Shown here: one piece after another, positions 12,104 to 25,890 of the stretch | How positions within the stretch are numbered: the first letter of the stretch is position 1 | How the letters are laid out: the number at the start of each line of letters is the position of its first letter | Made by a program: the position numbers and the translations under genes | Source: Octopus sinensis | Lineage: Eukaryota | Assembly (NCBI RefSeq): GCF_006345805.1 | Contig: NC_042999.1 | Coordinates: 54,312,001-54,376,000, forward strand | DNA: 64,000 nt | Direction: 5' to 3' | Notes under the pieces: model-generated | Databases searched by the model: none | What the model was told of the DNA's origin: nothing | What the model saw: only the letters and a program-made list of their open reading frames with translations

Positions 12104-12559
12104 TCAATAGTTTTATTTTTATAGCGTGCTTTCACTTCACTACCGAGCGCAGCTCTGTGTGCCTTGGGTATGTGCTGTGATTTGTTGCGATGCTCTGATG
12201 GTTATTGTATGGAAAGTGTTCTGCGTAGGATGTGTGCAGTGCCTAGTAGTGCAATTTTCTGTATGTTATATGTGTTTGTAAGTCCTGGTGTTTTTGTTAT
12301 GTATTTGTCTGAATATTTTTTTTATCATGCCTAATGCACCTACTATGATAGGAATTGTTTCTGTTTTCAGATTCCACATTCTAGTTACCTCTATTTCCAG
12401 GTCTTTGTATTTTGAGTTTCTCCATTTCTTTTAGAGACACGTTGTCATCAGCCGGTATTGATACATCGATTAGAAAGCATTTTTTTTCTTCATGATCTCT
12501 GACAACTATATCTGGTCTGTTGGCCTTAATTTCTCTGTCTGTGTGTATCGGCATATCCC
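12104..12559 (-). mobile_element. 5'-truncated Dong/R4 LINE 3' end (RLE domain) inside (TAA)n
   Basis: DMPIHTDREIKANRPDIVVRDHEEKKCFLIDVSIPADDN...IPIIVGALG...IQKIALLGTAHILRRTLSIQ* (stop 12202-12204, one frameshift); (ATT)n on both sides. Confidence 0.9.
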
Positions 12560-12596
<37 letters not shown>

Positions 12597-12669
12597 GTTA
12601 TTGTTATTATTATTATTATTATTGTTATTGTTATTGTTATTGTTATTATTATTATTATTATTATTGTTA

Positions 12670-12709
<40 letters not shown>

Positions 12710-12720
12710 CATTATTATTA

Positions 12721-12756
<36 letters not shown>

Positions 12757-12779
12757 TATTATCATTATTATTATTGTTA

Positions 12780-12820
<41 letters not shown>

Positions 12821-12960
12821 GTTATTGTTATTGTTATTATAATTATTATTATTATTATTAATATTATTACTACTACTACTACAACTATTATTATTATTAT
12901 TATTATTATTATATTATTATTATTATTATTATTATATTATTATTATTATTATCATTATTA
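12560..12960. repeat. (ATT)n/(GTT)n microsatellite
   Basis: Direct inspection. Confidence 0.95.
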
Positions 12961-13379
12961 TCTTAATGGCAGAATCGTTAGCACGTCGGGCAAAATGCTC
13001 AGCGGCATTTCGTCAGTTCAAATTCCGCCGAGTCCCTTCCCACGAAATTTTAGGTTTTGTGCTTTCAGTAGAAAGCATGATGCTGCTGCTGCTACCACCA
13101 CCACCACTACTACTACTACTACTACAAATACTACTACTACTACTACAGCAACTACTACTACTACTGCTGCTGTCACTACTACTACTACTACTACTAATAC
13201 TACTACTATTTCACAGAGCTACAGAGTGATTGCAATTTCGAAATGTCGTTGGTTCTTCGCCCCCAATCCGGTTTAACCGAAGACAGTTGATGGCTGGTTT
13301 ATATACAAAGAGATTGGAGATTTAGTTAAGGGGAAGTGAATAGGATGCCGGACATACTGCATTATGTGTTATTTCGATG

Positions 13380-13770
13380 TGCATTGGGTAGTGATGACAA
13401 GAAAGGGGTTGGACGACGAATAGAGATTATGGCGGTTAGGAGGAAATTAGAGAGAGAGAAAGAGTGAGATGGTGAGGAAGATGTCAGTGGTGGTTGGGGT
13501 GTCTGTGTGTCGGAGTGCAATGAGTTTTAGAGATAAGTTAAGTTGATGTAGAGAATTGAGGATTGCAGGAAAAACTTTGTTTTGTCAAGTGGCGACATCA
13601 TCATCGGTTGAGTGAGAGAACCAAGAGGGGTTGTGAACGTTGAAGTCACGAAGGCCATCGATTTCAGAGTTGGGTCACGTGAGATACATGTCCTCCATTC
13701 AGGGAGTGGAATAGTCAAAGAATTGTGAGTGGTTCGCGATAGATGAATCAGATGTATTTGGAGGAGTGAG
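13380..13770 (-). mobile_element. Degenerate apurinic endonuclease fragment of a LINE
   Basis: Translation with stops includes LRDFNVHNPSWFSHS (GDFN-like) and a later DIFLT motif; clade uncertain. Confidence 0.55.
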
Positions 13771-14174
13771 GGAGAGAAAGACTACTGTAAATAAATATTA
13801 TTCCACTCTATCGACAGCATTGAGCACTTCCTTTTGTTTTTCAATGTATCCCTAATCAGCGTGACACTACCATCTCTTATATACACTCTTACAATAGTAT
13901 TTTGGTAGCCGTTGGTTACTTGGTATTGAGAGACACACATTGCAGACATAATCCATCTTTTATTTTTTACTTGTTTCGATCATTAGACTGCGGCCATGCT
14001 GGGGTACCGAACTTGAAGAACATTTAGTTTTGATTTTTTAAAGCCTGGTATTTATTCTATCGGCCTATTTTGCTGAACCGCCAAGTTAAAGGGATATAAA
14101 TGGACAAAAACCAGTTGTTAAGTAGTGATGGAGGGAAGAAACGCAAACACAAAGACAAGAACACACAAATATAT

Positions 14175-14385
14175 ACTCTTTTACTCTTTTACACGCTTCA
14201 GTCATTTGACTGCGACCATGCTGCTGGATCAATGCTTTTAGTCGAAGGAATCGACCCCAGGACGTATTCTTTGTAAGCCTAGTACTTATTCTATCGATCT
14301 CTTTTCGGAGACATAAACACACCAGCATCATCTATCAAGCGATGGCGGGAGGAGAAACACATATTATGAAGCCTTGCAGAATTTT

Positions 14386-14438
<53 letters not shown>

Positions 14439-14610
14439 ACACACATATATATATATATATGCGAGCTTCTTTCAGTTTCTGTCAATCAAATCCACTCTCA
14501 AGACTAAAAGAGACTTGTCCAAAGTGCCATGCAATGGTAGTGAACCTAAAAGCATATGGTTGGGGAGCAAGCTTCTTACCACACAGTCACACCTGCGCCT
14601 ATTAAACACA
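14175..14610 (-). mobile_element. Composite SINE S2/S3; a second S2 head at about 14735-14870
   Basis: Reverse complement of the 10840-11205 architecture with an internal (CA)n/(TA)n tract. Confidence 0.7.
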
Positions 14611-14622
14611 CACACACAAACA

Positions 14623-14701
<79 letters not shown>

Positions 14702-15087
14702 GTCTATTTGTCTACCTCCTCTCCCCTCCGTACAGGATTCTTTCAGTTTCCAACTACCAAATCCACTCAGGAGGTTTTGGTTGACCCGAGGCTATAATAG
14801 AAGATACTTGCCCAAGGTGCCACGCAGTGGGAGGAACCCAGAACCATGTGGTTGGGAAGCAAACACGAATTGTTATCACACACCCACTCCTGTACCTATT
14901 TGCTTTTACAATAGTATCTTTGTAGCAGTTGATTTTCACATTTGTTATAGCAAGACACACATACATATATACATACATACATACATACATTATACATACA
15001 TACAACATACATACTATATATATATATTATATATAGATTATATATATATATATATGTATATAATATGTATGTATGTATGTATATATG

Positions 15088-15148
<61 letters not shown>

Positions 15149-15431
15149 GGTTAAATATAAATATGCATTTGTACATGCAGATATGTGCGTATGTATGTCA
15201 TATATGGACGGACATACATACGTATGTACAAATGTATGCATATATTTGTGTACGTATGTATATAAGTAGGTACTTATATATCTATAATTTCTCAAACAAA
15301 CATATTTAAATCAACTTAGGTCGTTTAAATTTTCATTTTGTTTTCCTTTCATAATAATCTTATGAATGCTTACACAAGAATTGATAACGACTTGGGTGTT
15401 GCTCCATAAACAGACTTACACACATATTTAC

Positions 15432-15529
<98 letters not shown>

Positions 15530-15581
15530 TAGGGATAGATGGGTAGATAGACATACATACATACATAAAAATACATACATA

Positions 15582-15788
15582 CAAACATATAAGGGATGGC
15601 CATAATAGGACATCCGACTCACTAGAAAGAGCAGCTAAACTTGCTGAAACTATGCATAGTCCAGAAAGGAGAAGATAAACGTTTTTATTTCTCTTTCCAT
15701 TTCAGAATTACAACTATTATTGGTTTGGAGTTTAGCTGCTCTTTCTAGTGAGTCGGATGTCCTATTGTGGCCATCCCTTATATGTTTG
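15582..15788. repeat. Inverted repeat (60-bp arms, 1 mismatch, 87-nt spacer)
   Basis: 15582-15641 is the reverse complement of 15729-15788; spacer starts with GAAACTATGCATAGTC. Confidence 0.9.
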
Positions 15789-15912
15789 AATGTATATTAT
15801 ATAGTCTATTGACTAATTTTTCTCTCTCACTTGACCGCTGGTAGCGGAGAATTTTTCTAGAATTTTTTCCTACCCTATAATTTATTAATACATACATACA
15901 TACATACATACA

Positions 15913-15948
<36 letters not shown>

Positions 15949-16289
15949 TCTATATGTATATCTGAAAATATATATGTGTATATTTCTCTGAGTTTGTTTT
16001 AGTCCCTATGGAGTCCTTTTGACGAACCGCTTAGTTACAACGACGTAAACACACCAACATCGGTTGTCAAACGCTGGTGGGAACAAACACAGATATACTG
16101 ACACACACATACATACATACATACTACATACATACATACATACATACATACATACATACATACATACATACATGCATACACACTGACACACACACACATA
16201 CATACTGTTCTCTTTCCCTATCGTCTTCTATCTCCCTCTCTCTCCCTCTTTCTCCTTTACTTTCTCTCTCTCTCTCTCGTTGCTCGCAC

Positions 16290-16706
16290 GAGAACATCGT
16301 CCATCTTTCTTTTCCTCACGTGAACATCTTTCTTTTCCTTCAGGGATGTCGTAAAGATTACACGTATCCTATCTATGTCTTTCTTCTATTCTCTTGTCAA
16401 AGAAAATATTTCTCCAGCATTCGCTATTTTACCCTCGTTCTCGTCTAACGACCCTCCATGTTTGTTCTCGTTCGATTTCTTTGTATATCTCCACTGTCCT
16501 GTTTTTGTTACCAACTTTGACACTCCATAAATGCCTTCGAAGACTCATATTGTCGTTCAATACTCGAAATGAAGAGTAGATAGACAGCCGACAACAGATG
16601 AAGGGTCGTTCCTTAGTTACTTGTCCTGTTTTCCATTTCTTTCGTTCTTTGCGTATTCAACTCATTTGTTTTCGTATTTCATGTTTAAGGTTTGTGACGT
16701 CCTGTA
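16290..16706 (+). repeat. Interspersed repeat family G (possibly PLE terminal region)
   Basis: Homologous to 63440-63893 (+) and 62962-63186 (-), e.g. gagtagatagacagccgacaac. Confidence 0.75.
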
Positions 16707-16737
16707 CATACACACACACACACTCATATATATATAT

Positions 16738-16769
<32 letters not shown>

Positions 16770-16779
16770 ATATATAAAC

Positions 16780-16848
<69 letters not shown>

Positions 16849-19248
16849 ATGTATTATATATAATATATAATATATATATATAATATATAATATGCATATA
16901 ATAATAATATTAGGGAGTATGGCTCCAAACTTACAGGGAAAAATTAGATTTCGGATTAAATCAAATTTCACAGTATAAATTTATAAAATATGAATTAGAG
17001 ATAAAACCACTATTAGGCAACTGAAACAGTGATAGACATACACATGTCCTTCATTGCTGACAACCCCTAAAGCCATGACAGTTGCAGGAAATTTAATTAG
17101 CATAACTCTTTAAACTCTAGTAGGGTCTTCACATGACCATGTCATTTCTTCTGTTAACTTTTTGATCTTAGTCTGAGAAAAACCAAATCATATCTAACTC
17201 TGCTGGATTTTTGCCTTTTCAATCTGATGTAAGGATTTTCTTTTGACCTCGCTAATATAAATTGACTTTTTCTCATCATATAAGATGTGTCTGATGTCTT
17301 CGTGGACAACACTTCTGATTGTTCCTTCTGGCACATGGAGATAGATCTTTTGCAGTTGATCTCATGGATTTTCTTGGATTGTAATCAATAGTCTGTTAAC
17401 CTTGTTGGATAATTCAGTCGTTTTGATGGTTTCAGAGCATTTAGAATGCTTTTTACGCTTTGATACTTGTGATACGTTTCCATCTTCGTTTTCTAACTCC
17501 TTACGAACTTTGTAGACGTTCGTAATTTTTCTGCAGCCCTTTAAATCTCTTCCCCATTCACCAATTTCCGTATTCAGTTCACTTCTTGACTCTGTGTTAT
17601 TCACTATTTTACGAATTAATACCGAAAAGTTGAGCCATTTCTTGAACAGAAATTTCTACATTGATCTCAGTCAATGATTCACTTCCAAGTAAATTCATCA
17701 AAATAAATTTCTACCGAGTGCTTCTCGTTGTGTTTTATGAAATTAAAGTCACATTTAATCTCCAAAATCAATTAAATTCAGATAATTACCTGTAAAGAAG
17801 AGGAAATACAAATAACTAGAAAGAAAATGACAATTCAAGAACGGGTAGCTAAAACGTTTTGCATGTCTCCTGAGCAAAACATGATCAGGGGTTAAATAAC
17901 ACCTGCAGCCCTTTAAAAATAAACGATTGTACACAACTCTCCTGTCAGTGATTCGTCTATTTTTTTCCTTCTGCTTCTTGTTTCCCAGACTAATTTTTTC
18001 CCCACTCGTCTACTTTACTAATTCTCAAACTCAATGGTATTTACGTCTTATATTTTGAACTGTAAGTTTCTGTTTCATTTTTTACAGCGCCAGAAATAAT
18101 TTCACTTCACCAACGAATTACTTCTGCACCAAAAAATTGGAATTAGTTTCTAAGTTTGTTTCCTTTGATATTCTGTATTATTTCCTTACCTGTTTCTAGC
18201 TTTTCTTCTGCTTCTTCTTTCCATTCTCACCATATTTACCAGTAACTGAAACCGGTGAGATCATGACGATAAACGCAATACAAACACAAAACAACTTGTG
18301 CGTTAACTTACATAATTACAAACTGCGTATAAGACTTTCTTTTCTCAATCTCACTTCAACTAAAGTGTTTACTCTTGTTGTTGTTGTTGTTGCTGTTGTG
18401 TATTTTTTTCGTCGCTCTTCATCTTCAGTTCATTTCTAACTGTGCATCTAGAGGTTATCGTGTGAAAAAAAAAAACAGAACTGTATAAAAAGCTGCAGAT
18501 CTGGGACGAAAGACTGCATTGACATAACATGGAATCTGCTAAAACGAGAAAAGACGCGCTATAGCGTGGTCTTTGGGGGAAATGTTTCAGAGAAGCATCA
18601 GCCGTTGCAGTAGCGGAGTAAAAAACATATAGAGGGGACAAAGCGCATCCGTGGACCATAAGCTGTAAACTGTCAAATGGTTCTATTTAACTTTTAGATA
18701 TGATCTCAGTTGTTTGTGTCGGTAGGTTTAATTTATAAGTTCAAACCAAAAATTGGCAGCGGTGATCGTACAATTCTTTCCTCGTGTTTTACATAGCAAA
18801 GACACCCTGTGTCTTTGCATATTTTCGTATGCATTGCATGCATGTATGTAAATGTGTATGTGTGTCTGTATGTAAAGATTGTCTCAGCCGATTGCGTATG
18901 TATACATGAGTGCGTGTGTGTGTGTAATGTCGACGGTCGACGCGCTATATATATACGCGATTCTGCTAAAGAAGGAATGTTTCACATTCACCAAACAGTA
19001 ATTTTCCCCCCACCCATCTCCACCCCAGTGCCCCACCACCACACCACCACCACCACCACCAATTACGGTCCATGTGGCTGTTTTATGAGTTTCTCGTTGC
19101 CACGTAACATAAACAACATTGCATCGGAGGAGGAGAAGGAGGGGGGACGAAGAGGAGGGGAGGAGAGGAAGGAAGAGGGGAAGGGAGCGGGAGTGCTTGG
19201 TCAATGTTTTTGCAATAGTCTCTGTTACATTTTTCATTCACATACACA

Positions 19249-19300
<52 letters not shown>

Positions 19301-19374
19301 TACACACACACACACACAACTTTCACATACCACACGCACACAGATATACATAAACATATAATTTATACAAGCAA

Positions 19375-19412
<38 letters not shown>

Positions 19413-19549
19413 ATGTATGTGTAGATGTATACACTCGCTCATACGTGCGTGGGCGGCGTGGGTTCATGCGTTTGTCCAAGTATAAGTATAGACACAATAT
19501 AGGTATATACACAATTCTAGCTATCTCCCTGTATATTGGCGTGTGCGCG

Positions 19550-19850
19550 CGAAGGCTAATGGCCTGATGGTTGTGGTATTTGTCTCACGATCGTAAGGTT
19601 GTGAGTTCAATTTCCGGCAGCGCAGAATGTCCTTAAACAAGACATTTTATTTCACGTTACTGCTGTCCACTCAGCTGGCAAAAGTGAGTTGTACCAGCCA
19701 AGTCCCATTCCGTGTCATGCTGAAATCTTCCAGAGAACTACGTCAACAGTTCGCGTATCTGCGGAGTACTCGGCCACTTGTATGTTAATTTAATGAACAG
19801 GCTGTTCCATTGATCGGATCAACTGGAACACTAGAATTCCTCTGGAATTC
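19550..19850 (+). mobile_element. tRNA-derived CORE-like SINE, family S4
   Basis: Head with gtgagttcaattt B-box, tccttaaacaagacattttatttcacg core; homologous to 43898-44215 and 47320-47640. Confidence 0.75.
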
Positions 19851-19919
19851 CTACCAGTTATGACCAACCTTTTATTTCCCCCGACGTAATCTACCTTGGA
19901 TTGCGTTATATAGAAACCA

Positions 19920-20160
19920 AGCTAAAAGGCGCCGATCTGGTAGAAACGTTAGCACACTGGGTGAAATGCTTTGTAGTATTTTGCCCGCCCTTGCGTTCTG
20001 CGTTCAAATTCCTACTTTGCCTTTCATCCTTTCGGAGTCAATAAATTAAGTACCAGTTACGCACTGGGGTCGATGTAATCGACTTAATCCCTTTGTCTGT
20101 CCTTGTTTGTCCCCTCTATGTTTGGCCCCTTGTGGGCAGTAAAAAAATAAGAAACTTTGT
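19920..20160 (+). mobile_element. SINE S1
   Basis: gaaacgttagcac...cctttcatcctttcggagtcaataaattaagtaccagttacgcactggggtcgat. Confidence 0.8.
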
Positions 20161-20198
20161 GAGTGAATTTGGAAGACGAAACTGAAAGAAGCCCATCG

Positions 20199-20276
<78 letters not shown>

Positions 20277-20281
<5 letters not shown>

Positions 20282-20470
20282 TAATCCAAACAAGAAAACA
20301 CAGAAAAAAAGGGAAAAAAAAGAAAAAAACACAGCAACGCAGGACGTGGAACAATTAAAGTATTATTGACGCTCAGGAAAGAAGGGAAGGAGGGTTTAAC
20401 GTTTCGAGCGGAGCTCTTCGTCGGAAACAAGGAGAAGGAAAGATCCCAAGGAGGGAAGACAGAGGAGACA
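20277..20470 (-). mobile_element. PLE pseudo-LTR-like unit, family A, inside the internal microsatellite of a composite SINE
   Basis: S2 segment aaagaagcccatcg ends near 20200 and the S3 tail resumes at about 20500; the unit lies between them and abuts (TA)n. Confidence 0.7.
20394..20428 (-). ncRNA. Minimal type I HHR motif, family A (U4C)
   Basis: Minus strand GTTT-CCGACGA-A-GAGC(TCC)GCTC-GAA-ACGT-T-AAAC; 4-bp stems I and II, palindromic ACGU stem III, GUU triplet. Confidence 0.7.
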
Positions 20471-22234
20471 ATATTTGAGCTGGTGGTGCTTAAGAGATCA
20501 CTGTGTATGTATATGTTTGTGTGTCTGTGTTTGTCCCCCCTACATTGCTTGACAACCGATGCTGATGTATTTACATCCCCGTAACTTAGCATTTTGACAA
20601 AAGAAACCGATAGAATAAGTATTAAGCTTACAAAGAATAAGTCCTGGGGTCGATTTGTTCGACTAAAGGTGGTGCTCCAGCATGGCCGCAGTCAAATGAC
20701 TGAAACTAGTAAAAGAGAATATGTTTTTCTCTTTTTTTTTTTCAAACGGAAAGGAAGATTTGGTTAATTCTTACAGGCTGGGTTACCATTATCATCGTTT
20801 TACCAGGTTTAAAACAATATACCATTTAGTGCTGGATTAACGTTTAAGAAAAATAAGCAGGTGCTTGGGGCATCAAGGGAATGCCACGACAGAAATGGTA
20901 AATGGTTTACCCCACAAAAGAAATCACTCTAAACTGGCTAAAATAATATCCCAAGCGTTTTATAAGATCATGAATATAACTTCGAAGTGTTCTTGTTGTC
21001 ATTTTGAAGATCTGATCAAAGAATTTGCAATGAAAAAAAATTGTAGTAGAAAACTTTTCCAGATGAAGCATACAAAAATAATTCTTGTTTTCCATCTTAA
21101 TGTTGGTTTTATTTCACTTTGAAACACAAAAATATATATGTTATGGTTTATTATTGTTTATATTTTAAATTACGTATATATGAGGACAGCAAAACCTTTT
21201 AAGTACTTGGTGCCTCTAAGGATTTCAATCCGGCCCTGGTATCATCACCACCATCTCCACGACCACCTTGCGTGTGTCCCAAAGACCATTACCGAAATGT
21301 TATTCATATTATCAACTGCGAAATGAATTCTTTATTTCCTTAATATAGAACATGCAATGGGAAGTTACACGGTTTCCTGGTTGTGGAATATAGCCATTAC
21401 GCCGAAGATGGCAACACTATTTAAAGCAGTAATGATGTTGAAATTGTATTTTGAAAGCCTGATATTTAAATATCCGATAATTTGTGGAAAGTAAAAGTGA
21501 GTTAAGAAAACAATTGAGAAAAGAGAGAGAGAGACGGAGGAAGAAAGTAAGTGAGAGAAAGAGAAGGGGTGGGGATTAAAGGTAGCTCAGAATGGATGTG
21601 CTTTCATTCACAAGTATATTCTAGTTGTTATCTTGCGTGTTATACAGCGAGAGAAAGGTAAATATTTTCATATCGTTCAGAATGGTGGCTGCCTGCAGTG
21701 AACCATTACCAGTAGTTTGGATTCCATTTGAAAGTGTGTAATGTCACAATTCCACTTCCTCTTGGTGGTAAATCTCTAAGAGTTTCAGCGAAGTCGGACA
21801 GCTTGCTAGAAATACAAGCTAAATCTTCTCCAATCAGATACTACCATCCAAAACAACTGTTTATAATGACGTTACGGACGTGTCAGAAAATAGATAACTG
21901 GATGACCACAGCTGGAACAAGAAGGACATTAGTGTTTATGTTAAGGAGAAAATTCCGCCCATCATCTTCTCCATAACATGACATCTAAACTTAAGAATCA
22001 GACAGGAATATAACGCAATTTATTGCTCAGTGCACAACGAAGGTGACACGGAAATATCAAATAACCAGGATCTGTAGTAGAAATTAAGGAACTATTCCAA
22101 ACAGCATTGTCTTTTATCGTTCCTGTATTTGCAGTGATTGACTTAACTCAATTCCATATCGCATGAAAGGACGTCGAGTTTGGATGAAACAGGAATTTGG
22201 AAAGAATAGTTTCAATATCAGAAACTTCAGAAGA

Positions 22235-22450
22235 CGGCCAGCAGGCAGGAGCGTTAAAACGCCGGGCGAAATGCTTAGTGGTATTTCGTCTGTCTTTTCG
22301 TCCTAAGTTCAAATTCTGCCGATGTCGACTTTGCCTTTTATCCTTTCATGGTCGATAAATTAAGTACCAGTTGCATACTGAGATCGATCTAATCGACTGG
22401 CTCCCCTCCCCGAAATTTTGGGCCTTGTGTCTAGAGTAGAAAAGAAAAGA
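22235..22450 (+). mobile_element. SINE S1
   Basis: gggcgaaatgcttagtgg...aagttcaaattctgccgatgtcgactttgcc...cgaaattttgggccttg. Confidence 0.8.
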
Positions 22451-22508
22451 ATATCAGAAACTCCAGTCGTCGAAATATTAACCTCTTTCCTAAATATGTA
22501 AAGCAAAA

Positions 22509-22575
<67 letters not shown>

Positions 22576-22946
22576 CGCTCCTTCTCTCTCTCGTTCTCTC
22601 TTGCCCTCTCCTCTCCCCTACACACACAAAGCTCTATATGGATATATATAACACGTATATATATTTATATGAATGTGTATACACACGCACATATATATAT
22701 ATACATTTCCTTCTTTCCTGAGCGTCCAATAATGCTATATTTGTTCCACGTCCTCGCGTTGTGTTTTTTTGTGCTTTTCTTGTTTGGATTAACTTTATAC
22801 GTATACATATATATATACACACACAACAGTATGTATACATATGTGTGTATATGTATAAATGTATGTATATCTCTGTGTAGGTGTGTGTGCGTACGTGCAT
22901 GTGAGTGCGATTGTATGAATATAATGTGTGTATGTGTATGTATATA

Positions 22947-23008
<62 letters not shown>

Positions 23009-23089
23009 TATTATATATATATATATATATAATTAGTGAATTGAAGAAATGGAGTTGAACGAAGATTGAACAGAAATCGTTTTATTGCA

Positions 23090-23169
23090 TTCTACACGTG
23101 TTTCGAAAGCCACAATTTACCAAATTCCGATTGAATAAGGAGACCATATTGTGTCTTTCTCTTCAGGAA
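23090..23169 (-). ncRNA. Type I HHR motif with intact core and extended stem II
   Basis: TTC-CTGAAGA-GAAAG.A.CACAAT(31 nt)ATTGTG.G.CTTTC-GAA-ACACGTGT-A-GAA; palindromic stem III, GUA triplet, AATAAA just downstream. Confidence 0.75.
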
Positions 23170-23278
23170 GAAATAGGAAATCCGTTGGCAAAAACAAAAA
23201 CAGAACAGAGTTTTGGCCATGGGCTCTTAGGAGCCTCGTTCGATTTGTTTTTGTTTTTGCCAACGGATTTCCTATTTC

Positions 23279-23358
23279 TTCCTGAATAGAAAGACACAAT
23301 ATGGTCTCCTTATTCAATCGGAATTTGGTAAATTGTGGCTTTCGAAACACGTGTAGAA
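23279..23358 (+). ncRNA. Mirror HHR copy with G8U core substitution (predicted impaired)
   Basis: Identical to the minus-strand copy except CTGAATA in place of CTGAAGA (T at 23287). Confidence 0.65.
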
Positions 23359-23568
23359 TGCAATAAAACGATTTCTGTTCAATCTTCGTTCAACTCCATT
23401 TCTTCAATTCACTAATAATATTAAAATTCAATTATCCGCACCAACGCATGGTTGCAACACCATATGGTTGTACCTCCAACCGTGCTGTCTTCTGCTGTGA
23501 TTTTTGCTACCAAGGTATCGGTTAAACTTTTGATTAATCTGCAATAAGATTATTCATCTTTCTATTTC

Positions 23569-23627
<59 letters not shown>

Positions 23628-23838
23628 ATATAAAAGAGAGATTCTGTCCGTTGTGTAGTTGTTCGTTTGTCCACCAAAATGAATGATATATATACATACA
23701 CACAAACGCACACCCTCACGCACACCCTCACGCACACGCGCACACATCTATCTATCTGTCTATCTATCTAATATGTATATATGTATTATATATATATATA
23801 TACATATATGTATCTATATGTATGTATATATGTATATA

Positions 23839-23893
<55 letters not shown>

Positions 23894-24451
23894 TGTATCT
23901 ATATGTATGTATATATGTATATATATATGTATGTATACAGCCACACACACAAATGCATACACACACACACACACACACGCACACACACATAAACACGCAC
24001 ACATATAGTCTGATGAAGAGGGAACTATCAAGCTTTTCCTTGTGAAGCCTCAATGAATTTATACTTTATTAAAAAGCATCCGGTAATCCTTCAATTTTCA
24101 GTTAAATTCTTTCTCCCTAAAGCATTAAAAGAAGCATACGCACACTATACACATACTCAAGCATCAACCCACACATACACACTTCTGTGCAGGTGTATAA
24201 CCTTTCTAAAATAAATATAGCATTAACATATCCTTCCATTTTAAAGGAGAAATCTTAAAATACCCTAACGAGATTTATGTGGTAAAGGGACACTGATGGA
24301 CCCGAAAAGGTTTATCTTATTTCGTCTAACCGACATTGAGGTATTTCATCCCAGACAATCTTGTATATGTATATATGTATACATACATACATACATACTA
24401 CATACATACATACATAAATACACACACACAAACACACACACACACACACAC

Positions 24452-24490
<39 letters not shown>

Positions 24491-24633
24491 ATATATATGT
24501 ATATATATACATATATAATATGTATATATATGTATATATATATATATATGTATATTTATATATATGTATAAATTATACATACATATACATATATATATAT
24601 GTATGTATGCATGTATATGTATGTATATATATG

Positions 24634-24690
<57 letters not shown>

Positions 24691-24692
24691 TA

Positions 24693-24733
<41 letters not shown>

Positions 24734-25279
24734 TATATACACGTGCACGTGTCTGGCTGTGTGTATGTGAGTTATTTGTTATGATTTTTTTTTTTACACC
24801 ATCGAAAGTTATAAGTGCAAGTTGCATATTGTGATCACTTTGGGAGTGGAACTTTTTTTTGATAACGCTAACTGGCTTATATAACATTGACCAGAGGATT
24901 TAACCTAAGTGTGTTTGAATGTTTAAGTTTTTGATAAAAATATTCATTTGATGCAATTCTCCGTGATTTTAATAAGCGGCTTCTATTGTATATGTTATGG
25001 CGCCAACAACTGCTGTCGCTTCTACATAAGCCATGTTTTATATCAACAAATACCAAAAGTTTATGTTTGTTTTTCTTTTACATTTTTTTTTTATTTTGCT
25101 CCCATGATAGGAATCACGGTTTATTTCTGTGATGTTGTCTTCTTTCGTTTGTATTTCTTCGTTCTATGTTTTTGAACGAAGGTTATCAATATGGCAGCAC
25201 TGCCGGCTTCGTCTGTCTAGTTTGGTTGTTTTGCGTAGCCATTGGCAGATACAACCGATGCACGTGGAATTGTATGTAG

Positions 25280-25714
25280 GTATGTAGGGCTACATCTCTG
25301 TCTATGTATGTATGTTTGTATGTATGTATGTATGTATGTATGTATGTATGTATGTATGTTTGTATGTATGTATGTATGTTTGTATGTATGTATGTCTGTC
25401 TGTCTGTATGTATGTATGTTTGTATGTATGTATGTCTGTCTGTCTGTATGTATGTCTGTCTGTCTGTATGTATGTTTGTATGTATGTATTATGTATGTAT
25501 GTATGTTTGTATGTATGTATGTATGTATGTGTGTATGTATGAATGTATGTATGCATTTATTTATGTATGTATGTTTGTATGTATGTATGTATGTATTTAT
25601 TTATGTATGTATGTATGTATGTATGTATGTATGTATGTATTATGTATGTATGTATGTATGTATGTATGTCTGTATGTATATATGTTTGTATGTATGTATT
25701 ATGTATGTATTATG

Positions 25715-25745
<31 letters not shown>

Positions 25746-25890
25746 GTTTGTATGTATGTATGTTTGTATTATGTATGTATGTATGTATGTATGTATGTAT
25801 GTATTATGTATGTATGTACGTATGTATGTTTGTATGTCTGTCTGTCTGTCTGTATGTATGTTTGTATGTTTGTATGTATGTATGTACTTA
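25280..25890. repeat. (TATG)n compound microsatellite
   Basis: Direct inspection; explains the MYVC-repeat ORFs. Confidence 0.95.

Larger units (their letters stand above)
23032..23416. repeat. Near-perfect palindrome of two HHR-bearing units (171-bp arms, 1 mismatch, 43-nt spacer)
   Basis: 23032-23202 is the reverse complement of 23246-23416 except at 23161/23287. Confidence 0.97.

Noticed and set aside
21728-21976. 82-aa ORF in non-repetitive sequence
   Set aside because: Non-ATG start, no recognisable motif or convincing splice sites; other frames contain stops.
24008-24055. CTGATGA-A-GAGG...CCTC as an HHR
   Set aside because: GAAA and everything downstream are missing.
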